From Promethearchaeota archaeon (GTDB taxonomy: Archaea > Asgardarchaeota > Lokiarchaeia > Sigyniarchaeales > SOKP01), in the NCBI GenBank assembly GCA_016926735.1, contig JAFGOA010000079.1:1-59034 (forward strand): DNA of 59,034 bases, written 5' to 3'. The notes under the pieces are model-generated. The model was not told where the DNA came from. It saw only the letters and a program-made list of their open reading frames with translations, and searched no databases. A program made the position numbers and the translations under genes. Within the stretch, counting starts at the first letter, position 1, and each line of letters starts with the position of its first letter. Of this stretch, positions 28,237-38,493 are shown one piece after another.

Positions 28237-28812
28237 TCAATGTTTTGAATTTAGATAAAGTTCTTTATTAATTTGAGGTAAAAGCGCACAAATTACTGCT
28301 TGATATAGAATATCCCTCCTATTAATAAAATTATTACTAAGATATCCTATTGCACCATTTTCATTTTTAAGATTCATATTGTTAGCTAAAATTCCTATGA
28401 TCTCTCCTATTTCTTTTTTATTAGCTATAACATCATCAATAATATATTGAGGATATTCGAAAGCAGTTCCTGAACCCAATGATAATTTATCATCTTTGTC
28501 GATAATAACACAAAATTGAAAATCCAAATAATTTGAATTAGCCATTGATATTTTTACTAATCCTGCCTCTATACCTACACCAAAAATTTCTGAATTATCT
28601 TTAAATTTATGTTTTAAATAAGAATTTGCCTCTTTTGCTCTATTAAAAGCCCCTTTAAGAATAATATCAATACCTATAGGTTGATTTGGAATTTTTGAGT
28701 CTGCATTTATATGAAAAAGATTATAATCTCTGTATATTTTATCAAATGCAATTTTAACAGCTTGAATTTTAGTAGGATTTGAAGATCCAACACATACTTC
28801 TATTTTTTTCAT
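28237..28812 (-). CDS. yjjX: Inosine/xanthosine triphosphatase (YjjX family)
   Basis: VGSSNPTKIQAV, QP, GAFNRA, GVGIEAGL, GAIGYLS. Confidence 0.88.
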   Translation of the reverse strand: MKKIEVCVGSSNPTKIQAVKIAFDKIYRDYNLFHINADSKIPNQPIGIDIILKGAFNRAKEANSYLKHKFKDNSEIFGVGIEAGLVKISMANSNYLDFQFCVIIDKDDKLSLGSGTAFEYPQYIIDDVIANKKEIGEIIGILANNMNLKNENGAIGYLSNNFINRRDILYQAVICALLPQINKELYLNSKH

Positions 28813-28831
28813 ATTATAATGTTAAAATTAT

Positions 28832-29434
28832 TCAATAGCTTAATAAGTTGATATTAAATTCATTGATAAGAATCTTATATAGTTTTTGCATTGGTAATCC
28901 TAATATATTCGAATGTGATCCTTTTATAGATTTTATAAATAAACCAGCTTTTTCTCTCAGAGAATAAGCTCCAGCTTTACCTTTCCATTCTTGGGTCTGT
29001 ATATAAAGATCTATCTCATCATCCGAAAGAGAGAGAAATTCTACTTCAGTTTTATCATAATCAATAATATTTTTTCTTTCAGGTAATCTCAAGATTGAAA
29101 TTCCTGTAAATATATTGTGTTTTTTTCCGCTTAATTTACCTAAAATTCTTATTGCATCATCCTCATCTAAAGGTTTTCCAATTATTTCTCCTTCTAATTC
29201 AACTATTGTATCGGCACCTATAATAATTGCATCATTATAAATACTTTGGATTTTATCAATAACATTCAATACTTTTACATGTGCAAGTTTTTTAACTAAT
29301 TTTATCGGATCTTTAATTTTGGCTTTAAATATTTCTTCATTGATATCTGAATCTATATATTTTATGTTTATATCCATAGTTTTGAAGATTTCTTTTCTAT
29401 CGGTTGATTTTGAAGCTAAAATAAGATTTGTCAT
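28832..29434 (-). CDS. maf: Maf family nucleoside triphosphate pyrophosphatase
   Basis: LILASKS..R, IIGADTIV, IIGKP, LSGKKH, GKAGAY, NILGLP. Confidence 0.92.
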   Translation of the reverse strand: MTNLILASKSTDRKEIFKTMDINIKYIDSDINEEIFKAKIKDPIKLVKKLAHVKVLNVIDKIQSIYNDAIIIGADTIVELEGEIIGKPLDEDDAIRILGKLSGKKHNIFTGISILRLPERKNIIDYDKTEVEFLSLSDDEIDLYIQTQEWKGKAGAYSLREKAGLFIKSIKGSHSNILGLPMQKLYKILINEFNINLLSY

Positions 29435-29504
29435 TGATTTTTTTAATAATTACTTTTTTTTTAATTTAGATACCTTTAAAAATTATTTTCTTTAATAGAA
29501 AGAT

Positions 29505-29798
29505 TTAACCCCCAAAATAAATATATAAAAAAGTTAGATCGTCTTTATCTTTTAAATTTGTATGCAAGAAATCTTTATCTCTAAAATTATATCCATTTAT
29601 TATTATAGAAAGAAAAGAATTGATTTCTCCTTTATTCTTTTTATTCCAAAAGAGGTCATAAAATTCATCTCCATATTTCTTTTTTAGGAAGTTTAATAAT
29701 TTGGTAAGAGTTAATTCTTCATTAAATTCAATATTTTCAGATAATTTATTAGTTATTTCATTAAAGGGAGGTTCATAATTTAAGGTAAGTGAAATCAT
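29505..29798 (-). CDS. MoaD/ThiS/SAMP ubiquitin-like protein
   Basis: Beta-grasp pattern, IIING, LKDKDDL, C-terminal Gly-Gly. Confidence 0.85.
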   Translation of the reverse strand: MISLTLNYEPPFNEITNKLSENIEFNEELTLTKLLNFLKKKYGDEFYDLFWNKKNKGEINSFLSIIINGYNFRDKDFLHTNLKDKDDLTFLYIYFGG

Positions 29799-29960
29799 TT
29801 ATGATACCACAGATTGTTTTATATTCTAATCAAAAATATAAAGTAGATTCATAAATATAATTTTTATTTTTATAATAAAATAGTGATAGTTAAAAACATA
29901 GTTTAATAGGAGAAGATCAACTATTTTTTATTTCTCACTTTGGATGATTTGTATTTTTAT

Positions 29961-30350
29961 CTAATTAGAGATTGTCTTAATAACAATTGTTTTAAAATCT
30001 TTAAAAAGATTTAAATTAATTGGACAATCTTCTTTTAATGTTTCAGAATAACAATATTCAAAATCATATGTAAGTTTTTTGATTATTTTTCTTAGTGTTG
30101 AATCGATAATAGGAGCGATAAAGATAGTTGTAATCATAGTTCCTTCTTCTAAAGCAAACTCTAAATTACCTTGTTTAATAAATTTAGGATTATCTTGTTT
30201 TTGTTCCTGAGATCTCTTCTTAATGGCAGATATATAAGCAGATATTAGAATTGGATCATGATCTATTCCTTGCTCATTAAAATCTAGTGTAAGTAAGGGA
30301 ATTCCATCTTTTAAAAATGAAATGTATGTGATTCTATTATCAACTATCAT
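29961..30350 (-). CDS. Stand-alone longin-like domain protein
   Basis: KDGIPLL...DPILISAYISAI...IKQGNLEFALEEG...LRKIIKKLTYDFE..Y...F; likely start ATG 30350 (ORF track TTG 30428). Confidence 0.7.
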   Translation of the reverse strand: MIVDNRITYISFLKDGIPLLTLDFNEQGIDHDPILISAYISAIKKRSQEQKQDNPKFIKQGNLEFALEEGTMITTIFIAPIIDSTLRKIIKKLTYDFEYCYSETLKEDCPINLNLFKDFKTIVIKTISN

Positions 30351-30647
30351 TATTCCAATACCTTCTATTATTTCTATATATTTTATAGATAATCTATATC
30401 TATACCTAAAAATACCTATAATACCCAATGAATAGATAATAAAATCTACATTTAAAAGTTTTTAATTATCTATTTGTACTAGGGTTTCAGAAGACATTTT
30501 AAAAAAAGTGCTAAAAGATTTTCATAGAAATAGGATTTAATTTTAATCGTAGAATTCACCTAATCAGAATAAATTATTAAAGATATAATAAATAAATTAT
30601 AAAATTGTAGAGATTGTCTTTATAATATCAATAAAAAAGTGTAAAGT

Positions 30648-31646
30648 ATGGCAAAAGTTTTTTTTATATCTCAAAATAATATTAGAGACGCTTGGTTGAC
30701 TGCTGTTGCAAAAGTGTTATATGAAGGAGATGATATCAAAACAGAATATGATAGACCAGAGGATATGCCTTCTAAAGATGCAACCGTTTTAATAGAAGTA
30801 AAAAATCCTATGAGTGCACCAATTATGAGAAAAGGAAAAATTCTTCAAATAAAATCAAATTTTGGGAATACATATGAAGTATATGGTAATTTATCAGATA
30901 CATATTTAATCGGTTCAATTCAAAGTGGTTATATTGAGGAAGTATTAGAGGGAATAAATGATCATTTCTTATGGGAATCAGGATTTAGCTTTCCATATTC
31001 ATATCATGATAGGATTTTCAATTATAGTCCTTTTTCAATTGAGGACACGGTGTATAAAAATTATGATGTTAATATTCTTGATTCTGATATTGTTAGAAAT
31101 CATAAAAAATTAATTAAAGCTGAGAAGATTAAAAAAACCGAAAAATCAACTATATGGAAGCTAAAAAATGGTATAGAATTTGATCTTGATAATAAAATTT
31201 CTGAACAAATAGGATTAGATAAAATTCCTATTGGTATTATGAGTTTTCCTAAAATTGATCAAATAGATTATATTATAAAAAAATTAAAAAAAAGTCCCTA
31301 TAGTAGACGAGCCCAAGCAATAACATGGAGACCATTAATTGATCCTTTTCATAATGATCCTCCTTGTCTTCAAAGAATATGGATGAGAATAAAAGAGGAA
31401 AAACTAATTATGCAAACTACTTGGAGGAGCAGAGATCTTTTTAGAGCTTGGGAAGCTAATGTAAACGGAATGGTAAGAATTCAAAAAATGGTTGCAGAAG
31501 AATTAAATGTTGAAACAGGATCTTATATAGATTTTAGCAATTCATTACATATTTATGGGAATACAATTCCTGAAATAAAAGATATTCTTCTAAGAATGAA
31601 AAATAAAGAGGAATTGCCAGAAGAAATTATAGATCTTATTGTATAG
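30648..31646 (+). CDS. thyA: Thymidylate synthase (archaeal ThyA-type) with internal insertion
   Basis: YSYHDRI, DQIDYII, SRRAQAITW, PPCL (catalytic Cys), RSRD, SLHIY. Confidence 0.85.
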   Translation: MAKVFFISQNNIRDAWLTAVAKVLYEGDDIKTEYDRPEDMPSKDATVLIEVKNPMSAPIMRKGKILQIKSNFGNTYEVYGNLSDTYLIGSIQSGYIEEVLEGINDHFLWESGFSFPYSYHDRIFNYSPFSIEDTVYKNYDVNILDSDIVRNHKKLIKAEKIKKTEKSTIWKLKNGIEFDLDNKISEQIGLDKIPIGIMSFPKIDQIDYIIKKLKKSPYSRRAQAITWRPLIDPFHNDPPCLQRIWMRIKEEKLIMQTTWRSRDLFRAWEANVNGMVRIQKMVAEELNVETGSYIDFSNSLHIYGNTIPEIKDILLRMKNKEELPEEIIDLIV

Positions 31647-31786
31647 GAATCTTAAAATTTCTGAGATCGAATATATTAAAGAAATATACAAACTTGACTA
31701 AATAAATAATCATTTTTATGATTCTCTTTCGAGAGTTATTTTTAGAAGATTAATAATTAAAAAAAAAAATAATAAAAATATTTAAA

Positions 31787-32542
31787 TTAATTTTGAATAA
31801 CATCGATTATCTTACCATCACGCATTCTGAAAGTTTTTTCTGCTAAAGCTCCAACAGCAGGATCGTGGGTAACCATTAAAATTGTCTGATTTAGCTCTTT
31901 GTTTAGGTCATGTAATAATTGAATAATTTCCATACCCATTTTTGTGTCTAATTCACCAGTAGGTTCATCAGCAATTAAGATTGCTGGCTCATTACTTAAA
32001 GATCTAGCTATTGCAACGCGTTGTTTTTCTCCACCCGATAATTCTGAAGGCAAAAAGTCTTTTCTATCACTTAATCCTACTAATTTTAAGAATCTTTCCA
32101 CTTTATTCTTACGCAAATCGTCAGGTTTATCTGCAAAAAGCATTGGTAATTCCACATTTTCATAAGTGGATAAAACAGGTACAAGATTATAAAATTGGAA
32201 TATAAAACCTATTTTTTCAAGTCTTAAATTGGTCCTCTCTAAATCATTCATATAAGCTGTATTTATCCCATCAATATATACAGCTCCAGAAGTCGGATTA
32301 TCTAAAGCACCAATTAAATTTAACAATGTCGTTTTACCACTCCCAGAAGGGCCCATAACTGAAACAAATTCACCTTTTCTAATGGCGATATTTACATCAT
32401 CTAAGGCTTTTATTTCTATACGTTGTCCCATATTATATACTTTTGATAGATTAAATGTTTGTATCATAGCATTGGGATCAACATCTAGATGGTCTTCCTC
32501 TGTCTTTAACTGAGCTTTTGTTATTGATTTATTTCTTTTCAA
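31787..32542 (-). CDS. ABC ATP-binding protein, LolD/MacB type
   Basis: GPSGSGKTT, LSGGEKQR, ADEPTGELD, VTHD. Confidence 0.92.
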   Translation of the reverse strand: MKRNKSITKAQLKTEEDHLDVDPNAMIQTFNLSKVYNMGQRIEIKALDDVNIAIRKGEFVSVMGPSGSGKTTLLNLIGALDNPTSGAVYIDGINTAYMNDLERTNLRLEKIGFIFQFYNLVPVLSTYENVELPMLFADKPDDLRKNKVERFLKLVGLSDRKDFLPSELSGGEKQRVAIARSLSNEPAILIADEPTGELDTKMGMEIIQLLHDLNKELNQTILMVTHDPAVGALAEKTFRMRDGKIIDVIQN

Positions 32543-32544
32543 AA

Positions 32545-33381
32545 TTAATGACCTCCAAATTCTATATTATATACATCATCTATGTTCTTTCCAGCTTTTT
32601 TCTCTGATACAATTTTTCCATCAGTTAGAGTTAGGATTCTATCTGCAGCTTGAGCTATTCTATTATTATGTGTTACCATTAAAATTGAATGTCCACTATC
32701 TTTTAAATGAAGAAAAATCTTCATTATCTGAATTGTTGTTTCTGTATCAAGTTCTCCAGTAGGTTCATCTGCTAAAAGGAGTAATGGATCATTTATTAAC
32801 GAACGTGCTATAGTCACTCTTTGTTGCTCACCACCAGATAATTGAGTTGGATAGTGTTTTATTCTTTCGCCTAAACCTACTATTTTTAATAGATCTTTTA
32901 CTTTTTTCTTTCTTAAAGTAGGATTCTTCTTAGCTATTAATGCTGGTAATTCTACATTCTCATAAGCAGTTAAAACAGGAAAAAGGTTATAAAATTGAAA
33001 AATAAGACCTATATTGTTTAATCTCATATATTTTTGTTCCCGATTTGACATTTCTGTAATATTATGACCTTCACCATTATTACTGACATTATATATAATT
33101 TGACCAGAGTCAGGAAAATCTAGGGCACCTAAACAATTAATAAGGGTTGTTTTTCCACTTCCTGAAGGACCCACAATAGCAACTAATTCTCCTTTTCTGA
33201 TTTCCAAATTAATATCTTGAAGAGCTTGGATACTTATTTTCCCTGTAATATAGGTTTTACATAGATTATTTACTTTAAGAACAAGATGACTATCAATCTC
33301 ATAAGCTTTTGATTGTTTTTTCTCTGATTTTTTAATCTTAGCTTGTTCCATTTTTATTATATCATCACTTTTTTCAATCAA
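32545..33381 (-). CDS. ABC ATP-binding protein, LolD/MacB type
   Basis: GPSGSGKTT, LSGGEQQR, ADEPTGELD, VTHN. Confidence 0.92.
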   Translation of the reverse strand: MIEKSDDIIKMEQAKIKKSEKKQSKAYEIDSHLVLKVNNLCKTYITGKISIQALQDINLEIRKGELVAIVGPSGSGKTTLINCLGALDFPDSGQIIYNVSNNGEGHNITEMSNREQKYMRLNNIGLIFQFYNLFPVLTAYENVELPALIAKKNPTLRKKKVKDLLKIVGLGERIKHYPTQLSGGEQQRVTIARSLINDPLLLLADEPTGELDTETTIQIMKIFLHLKDSGHSILMVTHNNRIAQAADRILTLTDGKIVSEKKAGKNIDDVYNIEFGGH

Positions 33382-33395
33382 TTTTATTCACCTCA

Positions 33396-36300
33396 TTATC
33401 TTGTACGTACTGCATCTATAATATTGATATTAGCGGCCCATTTAGCAGGATATCTAGAACTCAGAATTGCTGCAATTATTGTAATTGTTATTAAAATTGC
33501 GATAGTTAACCATGGGATCACATAAGTTACAGCAAGGAATCCTCCTGAAGGTGATGCAAATACCATTAAAGTTCCTTGAAGAATTCCAGCAAAGATTCCA
33601 ATAATTACACCCAATAATGCTATGATCATTGTTTCTCCAGAAATCGATCTTACAACACCTTTTTTACTCAGACCAATTGATCTTAACATTCCAATTTCCC
33701 TTCTTCGAGACATGGTTGTTAAAAGGCAATGAAGCATAAGCCCTATCAAAGCAATAACAATAGCTAAGATTAACATTCCATAAGTAATAAACATAATAAG
33801 ATCAATGATTGTACTAAATGTGGATACGGCAAAAGAACGAGTAAATCCATACAATACAAAATATCCTTCATCTTGAAGATATTGTTGAGCTTCTTCTAAG
33901 ACAGCCTCATCACTACCACCAGATAACCAAAAGAATAGATCTATAACACACATTCTCATTTGTAAAGCGTATAATGTAGTATCAACAATTGACCACGTTC
34001 CTCCTAGACTACCTTCAAGACTATTTCCTAAAGTTGTTTTTATTGAACTTATGTTAAAAGGATGATCACATTTTACTAATATAGAACTTACTAAATCATT
34101 AGTATTATTAGATCCTTTAAAGTCTGGAAATACATCATTTCTCGCATGTTCATAAGAGAGAAAGATATTATTAGTTGAGGCTGCAAATCCATGTTCGAAG
34201 CCATTTTCCCAATCATATCTCTCAGTATTATATAATACAGGAGTGTTTATTATTCCAATTACTTTAAATTCTGGCCAAGTAGAAGGTAAAGCCATACTAT
34301 ATTCAGATTTCATTATTGTCAAATTAAGATTGTCAATATCTAAAGAAAAGTTAGAACCTATAGAAGAGTAACCAACTATTCTTAAGATCATCGTAGCAGA
34401 ATACATATCTATATAAGAACCATTCAGATTAAAGTAAAATGTGTTATTGGACTCAGTAATGTCATTAATATCACCTAATATATCAAAATTTCCAGTATAA
34501 TTATTATAAGCATATATTTCCAAATAATCAATTGATTCATTTACTCTAGATTCAATTCCAAGAGAAATTGCTCTTGAAAGTTTAGTAAATAACAATGGAT
34601 CTGTTGCATTATCCATCATAACAAAGTCAATAGTACAATTAAGAAATCCTCCACTATTACTTAAAATTGTTTTATTTATATTATCTGATGAAGCTAAATA
34701 CATTGAATCAATAGGATGATTTGGACAAGATCCATTGTTAAAAGTAAAGACTGTATTTGTGATATTTGCTGATAGAAAATGTGGAATTGGATTTGTTTGT
34801 TGAGGAAATATATATATTGAGTCTCCAATACCAAAAGTAGGATTAATTTTTTGCTGATCAAGTAAGAAAGCTTCATCAATTACAGCAACATTATCATATG
34901 TATTACCAAGCAATTCTTCCATAGTATCGCCAGTATAACTTCCATCCTTATACAATAAAGTACTATTTCCAAAATAAGAATCTGAAATTATATTACCTGT
35001 AGAGTTTGTATGTATTCCAGATACAGTAGTTGAATAACTTGATAACGAAGCATTTGAGGGATACGTGGATGTTAGTGATACAGATTCCATTCGAGATGTA
35101 TAATGTTCAATTCCATCGATACCTTCTAAAACAGATTGAACTTGTGAGAAATTTACCCAATTACCCATATAATTATCCATAAGAGGATTACCCGTTTCAG
35201 GTACTTGTCTGAAAATAAGATCAGTACCTCCTCCAGGTAAATATTGTATTGCAATTGCATTATATGTATTCCAAGATACAAACATCGCGTACATAGTATC
35301 CAATCCCGTAAAGGATCCTATAAAACTACTACTACTTCCTGATAAGAATCCTTGAATTTTATCGATTATTGCAACTACATTCATTTCAACAGTAACCAAG
35401 TTTTCGTGAGCATTTGAGGAGTCTTGTTCATACATAGCCTGAAGACTTGGATAAGCTATATCAAGACTATAGGTAACATTCATATCATCTCCAGCATTTA
35501 CATTATATTTTTTTGCAAACTCTTCAGTTATAACAATGTTATTTCCATTATTGAGAGCATCAAACATTTCATTTTGAGACATATCTTTTGGAGATGTAAT
35601 CTTAATATTTGGAAAATGCTCCTGTATTTTTTCTGTATCTATAATATTAATATTTATAGATATATTATAATCAGATTCAAGTTGGGTATGTCCTACCCAT
35701 TGATCATCTACATAGACCATAGCGTTTTGATATCTAACACCTAAAACATCTTCAACATTTTCGAGAGCAGAAAGGTTAGCTTCAACTGATCTTGGAGCAT
35801 TAAATGTAATTAATCTTATATCAGCACCCATTAAATCATCAATAGTTGTATCAACTCCTGCCCTTATTGAATCTAGCATTACACTCATACCAATCAAATA
35901 ACTGGTTGTGAGAGAGATCATACAAAATGTAAGAACTGTTCTTTTTCGATGTCTTAATATATTTTTTTTAGTTAATAGTTGTGTATGCTTTAGATAGGGT
36001 GAAAACGCTTTGACCAACAATTTTGAAAAAGGTCTAACCATTAATGATGCTAGGATGATTGTCCCTAATAATACTAAAGTTGGAGCACTCATAGCAATTG
36101 CAGCTTCATTTCCTATCATAGGTCCTCCTTCTGTATCACCAAAATTAAGAGTATCACTTAATGATCCAAATAATAACCATATCCCACTAATAACTAAAAT
36201 TATTCCTAAAATAGTATACATTAATGGTTTTATGAATTTTCTTTTCTCACGTTTGCTTTTTTCTTCTATTGGATTTAAGCATTCAATGATTGGTCTTCTA

Positions 36301-37643
36301 CTTGCCTTATAACTTGGATATATTGATGAAATTAAACAAGAAAGAAATCCCACTGAGAAAACAGTAATTAAAGTCGTTGGTAATAATACAATTTCAAAAT
36401 CCATTGTCATTGTAAAGAGTGATCCAGCAGCTTGCATATTTTGAATCGCACTCATAGTAACTGAAAATATAAGATATGATATAAAATAGGATCCTATAGT
36501 ACCGATAACAGAACCAGTTAATCCCATTACCACTCCTTGAGTTAGGAACATCTTAAATGTCTCTCCTTTCGATGCGCCTATTGCTTGAAACATACCAGTT
36601 TCATATTCTTGTTCTTTTCTTATAATATTAAAAATGTTCATGATAAGAACAATAGATAAAATTAATGCAATCATACCAAAAACTAGAAACATAGTTCTAA
36701 TTGTAGTCATGGTCGTATCAACTTCCTCAAGATTACTTGTTTTTAGATCATATACGTTCCAATTTAATCCATCACTTAAATCCTCTAAAATTGTTTTAAC
36801 TACTTGAGCAGTTTTTTCTGTATTATAGATATCATCAACCCCAATAACACCAAGATTATATTCACCAGTATGATCTTCATTCCCATCAACCAGTTCATGA
36901 GTACTCTCTATATTAGTAAAAAGGAGAGGACCTTGTTGCGATAAGGTAGTAGCTTCGGTTGATGTAGAAGGATCATAAAACTGAGCTTCACCAAAATCTC
37001 TTATTACTGCGACAATTGTATATTCATCCCATGTTCCTGTATTTGTTTCTACATATGATGAGTTCGCTTCTCTTGGTAAAATCCATGTTTTATTACCTGC
37101 CATAATATCAGATCCTAATTTTATTTTAAGTGATTCTGTTATTACAATAACTCTATTATGGGTTTCAGTATCATTATAATTAAGCATCTCTTCAATAGTA
37201 GTTGCACTATTTAGATCTTCAATAACATCTAAAATATAGGGCGTACCTCCTAAACTAGGTTCATCGGGATCATTTTGATTTATCCCATAAACAGTAGTTG
37301 AGGTACTATCATCATCTAGATTTCCATCATCTACACCACTAACGAATACCTTATAACCAGAAATTCTAAAAGAAATTTGATCTATATGATCAATATCAAC
37401 TAAAGCAGATTCAATAGTAGTTGGATTAAACCATCCATCTTCAGTAGAATTTGAAGCAATTAATATATCTGCTGTACCCATTTGTCTATCAATACTATCT
37501 AAAAATAATTTATTGAAGGAATCAGCAGCAATCATAACACCTCCAAATAAAGCGACACCGATTATTAATGAAATGGTTGTTAAAATGTATCTAATTTTTC
37601 TTCTTCTGATATTCCTTAAAGAAATTTTTGTAATTACACCCAT
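33396..37643 (-). CDS. Large FtsX/MacB-like ABC permease with extended extracellular domains
   Basis: RNIRRRKIRYILT, ETGMFQAIGAS, KNILRHRKRTVLT, RRREIGMLRSIGLS, SRYPAKWAA; many N-x-S/T sequons. Confidence 0.9.
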   Translation of the reverse strand: MGVITKISLRNIRRRKIRYILTTISLIIGVALFGGVMIAADSFNKLFLDSIDRQMGTADILIASNSTEDGWFNPTTIESALVDIDHIDQISFRISGYKVFVSGVDDGNLDDDSTSTTVYGINQNDPDEPSLGGTPYILDVIEDLNSATTIEEMLNYNDTETHNRVIVITESLKIKLGSDIMAGNKTWILPREANSSYVETNTGTWDEYTIVAVIRDFGEAQFYDPSTSTEATTLSQQGPLLFTNIESTHELVDGNEDHTGEYNLGVIGVDDIYNTEKTAQVVKTILEDLSDGLNWNVYDLKTSNLEEVDTTMTTIRTMFLVFGMIALILSIVLIMNIFNIIRKEQEYETGMFQAIGASKGETFKMFLTQGVVMGLTGSVIGTIGSYFISYLIFSVTMSAIQNMQAAGSLFTMTMDFEIVLLPTTLITVFSVGFLSCLISSIYPSYKASRRPIIECLNPIEEKSKREKRKFIKPLMYTILGIILVISGIWLLFGSLSDTLNFGDTEGGPMIGNEAAIAMSAPTLVLLGTIILASLMVRPFSKLLVKAFSPYLKHTQLLTKKNILRHRKRTVLTFCMISLTTSYLIGMSVMLDSIRAGVDTTIDDLMGADIRLITFNAPRSVEANLSALENVEDVLGVRYQNAMVYVDDQWVGHTQLESDYNISININIIDTEKIQEHFPNIKITSPKDMSQNEMFDALNNGNNIVITEEFAKKYNVNAGDDMNVTYSLDIAYPSLQAMYEQDSSNAHENLVTVEMNVVAIIDKIQGFLSGSSSSFIGSFTGLDTMYAMFVSWNTYNAIAIQYLPGGGTDLIFRQVPETGNPLMDNYMGNWVNFSQVQSVLEGIDGIEHYTSRMESVSLTSTYPSNASLSSYSTTVSGIHTNSTGNIISDSYFGNSTLLYKDGSYTGDTMEELLGNTYDNVAVIDEAFLLDQQKINPTFGIGDSIYIFPQQTNPIPHFLSANITNTVFTFNNGSCPNHPIDSMYLASSDNINKTILSNSGGFLNCTIDFVMMDNATDPLLFTKLSRAISLGIESRVNESIDYLEIYAYNNYTGNFDILGDINDITESNNTFYFNLNGSYIDMYSATMILRIVGYSSIGSNFSLDIDNLNLTIMKSEYSMALPSTWPEFKVIGIINTPVLYNTERYDWENGFEHGFAASTNNIFLSYEHARNDVFPDFKGSNNTNDLVSSILVKCDHPFNISSIKTTLGNSLEGSLGGTWSIVDTTLYALQMRMCVIDLFFWLSGGSDEAVLEEAQQYLQDEGYFVLYGFTRSFAVSTFSTIIDLIMFITYGMLILAIVIALIGLMLHCLLTTMSRRREIGMLRSIGLSKKGVVRSISGETMIIALLGVIIGIFAGILQGTLMVFASPSGGFLAVTYVIPWLTIAILITITIIAAILSSRYPAKWAANINIIDAVRTR

Positions 37644-37760
37644 ATCAAAATTACACCATTGATTTCATTTATTTTCATTGATTTCATTTTTTTTCATTTT
37701 TTTTTTATTTACATTCTATTAAGAAAAATTTGGTCATTACTACTATAAGATTATTTAAAA

Positions 37761-38330
37761 TTAATCCTTGTTCTGTTCAATATTTGAAAGTGTTATGTTG
37801 ATATTTTCAATGATATTTTCAAGTAAAGTTATTACATGAGAGTATTGAATTTTTTGATGTTCGAGATATTTAATTTTATCATTTTTTGCCATATCTTTAC
37901 TTAAATTATCTAGAGCAAAATTGGTAGGAAGCATATACTGTGTATCATTAAAGGTAAAGATAAGGGTTTCTAATTCATCTTTGTCTAAAACAGATAGAAT
38001 TAATGAATCTAACGCTTTTTTTATTCTTTTGTGCCTTTTTAATAAAATTCTAAGAATAGTTCTCCCTTTCAATGATAATTTGTAGACTTTTCGAATTCTT
38101 TCTCCTTCTGATTCTTCTTTATATTTGATAAGACCTTCATCTGTCATTTTTTTAAGACTAGTATAAATTGAAGAATCTGGAGGAACCCAAATACCAAGAG
38201 TGCGTTCTTCTATTTCTTTCTTTATTTTATATCCATGAGAAGGACTTTTTTCTAATATAGAAAGTATTAATATATTTATGAATCCTTTGGTTATAGCACC
38301 TTCAAATTTATTAGCAATTTCTTCAACCAT
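37761..38330 (-). CDS. PadR family transcriptional regulator
   Basis: KGFINILILSIL...HGYKI...SSIYTSLKKM...GLI...RKVYKLS; likely start ATG 38330 (ORF track 38372). Confidence 0.9.
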   Translation of the reverse strand: MVEEIANKFEGAITKGFINILILSILEKSPSHGYKIKKEIEERTLGIWVPPDSSIYTSLKKMTDEGLIKYKEESEGERIRKVYKLSLKGRTILRILLKRHKRIKKALDSLILSVLDKDELETLIFTFNDTQYMLPTNFALDNLSKDMAKNDKIKYLEHQKIQYSHVITLLENIIENINITLSNIEQNKD

Positions 38331-38378
38331 TTTTCTTATAGAAATGTGTTTATTAGATAAAATATATTTCAAAAATGT

Positions 38379-38410
38379 TATATCAATTATGATATATCAA
38401 TTATGATATA
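38379..38410. promoter_or_regulatory. Tandem palindromic operator upstream of PadR
   Basis: TATATCAATTATGATATA present twice, overlapping with 14-nt period. Confidence 0.65.
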
Positions 38411-38493
38411 TTAATTTTTACAATTAAAATTAACAAAAAAAAAAAAATACTTGAATTTATGTATTTATTTTTAGAAAAATAAAAAAAAAAAGA

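Noticed and set aside
31026-31253. ThyA insertion as an intein
   Set aside because: Too short and lacks intein terminal His-Asn and block motifs.
38379-38410. Short tandem repeat as CRISPR remnant
   Set aside because: Only two overlapping copies, no spacers, no cas genes; better explained as an operator.
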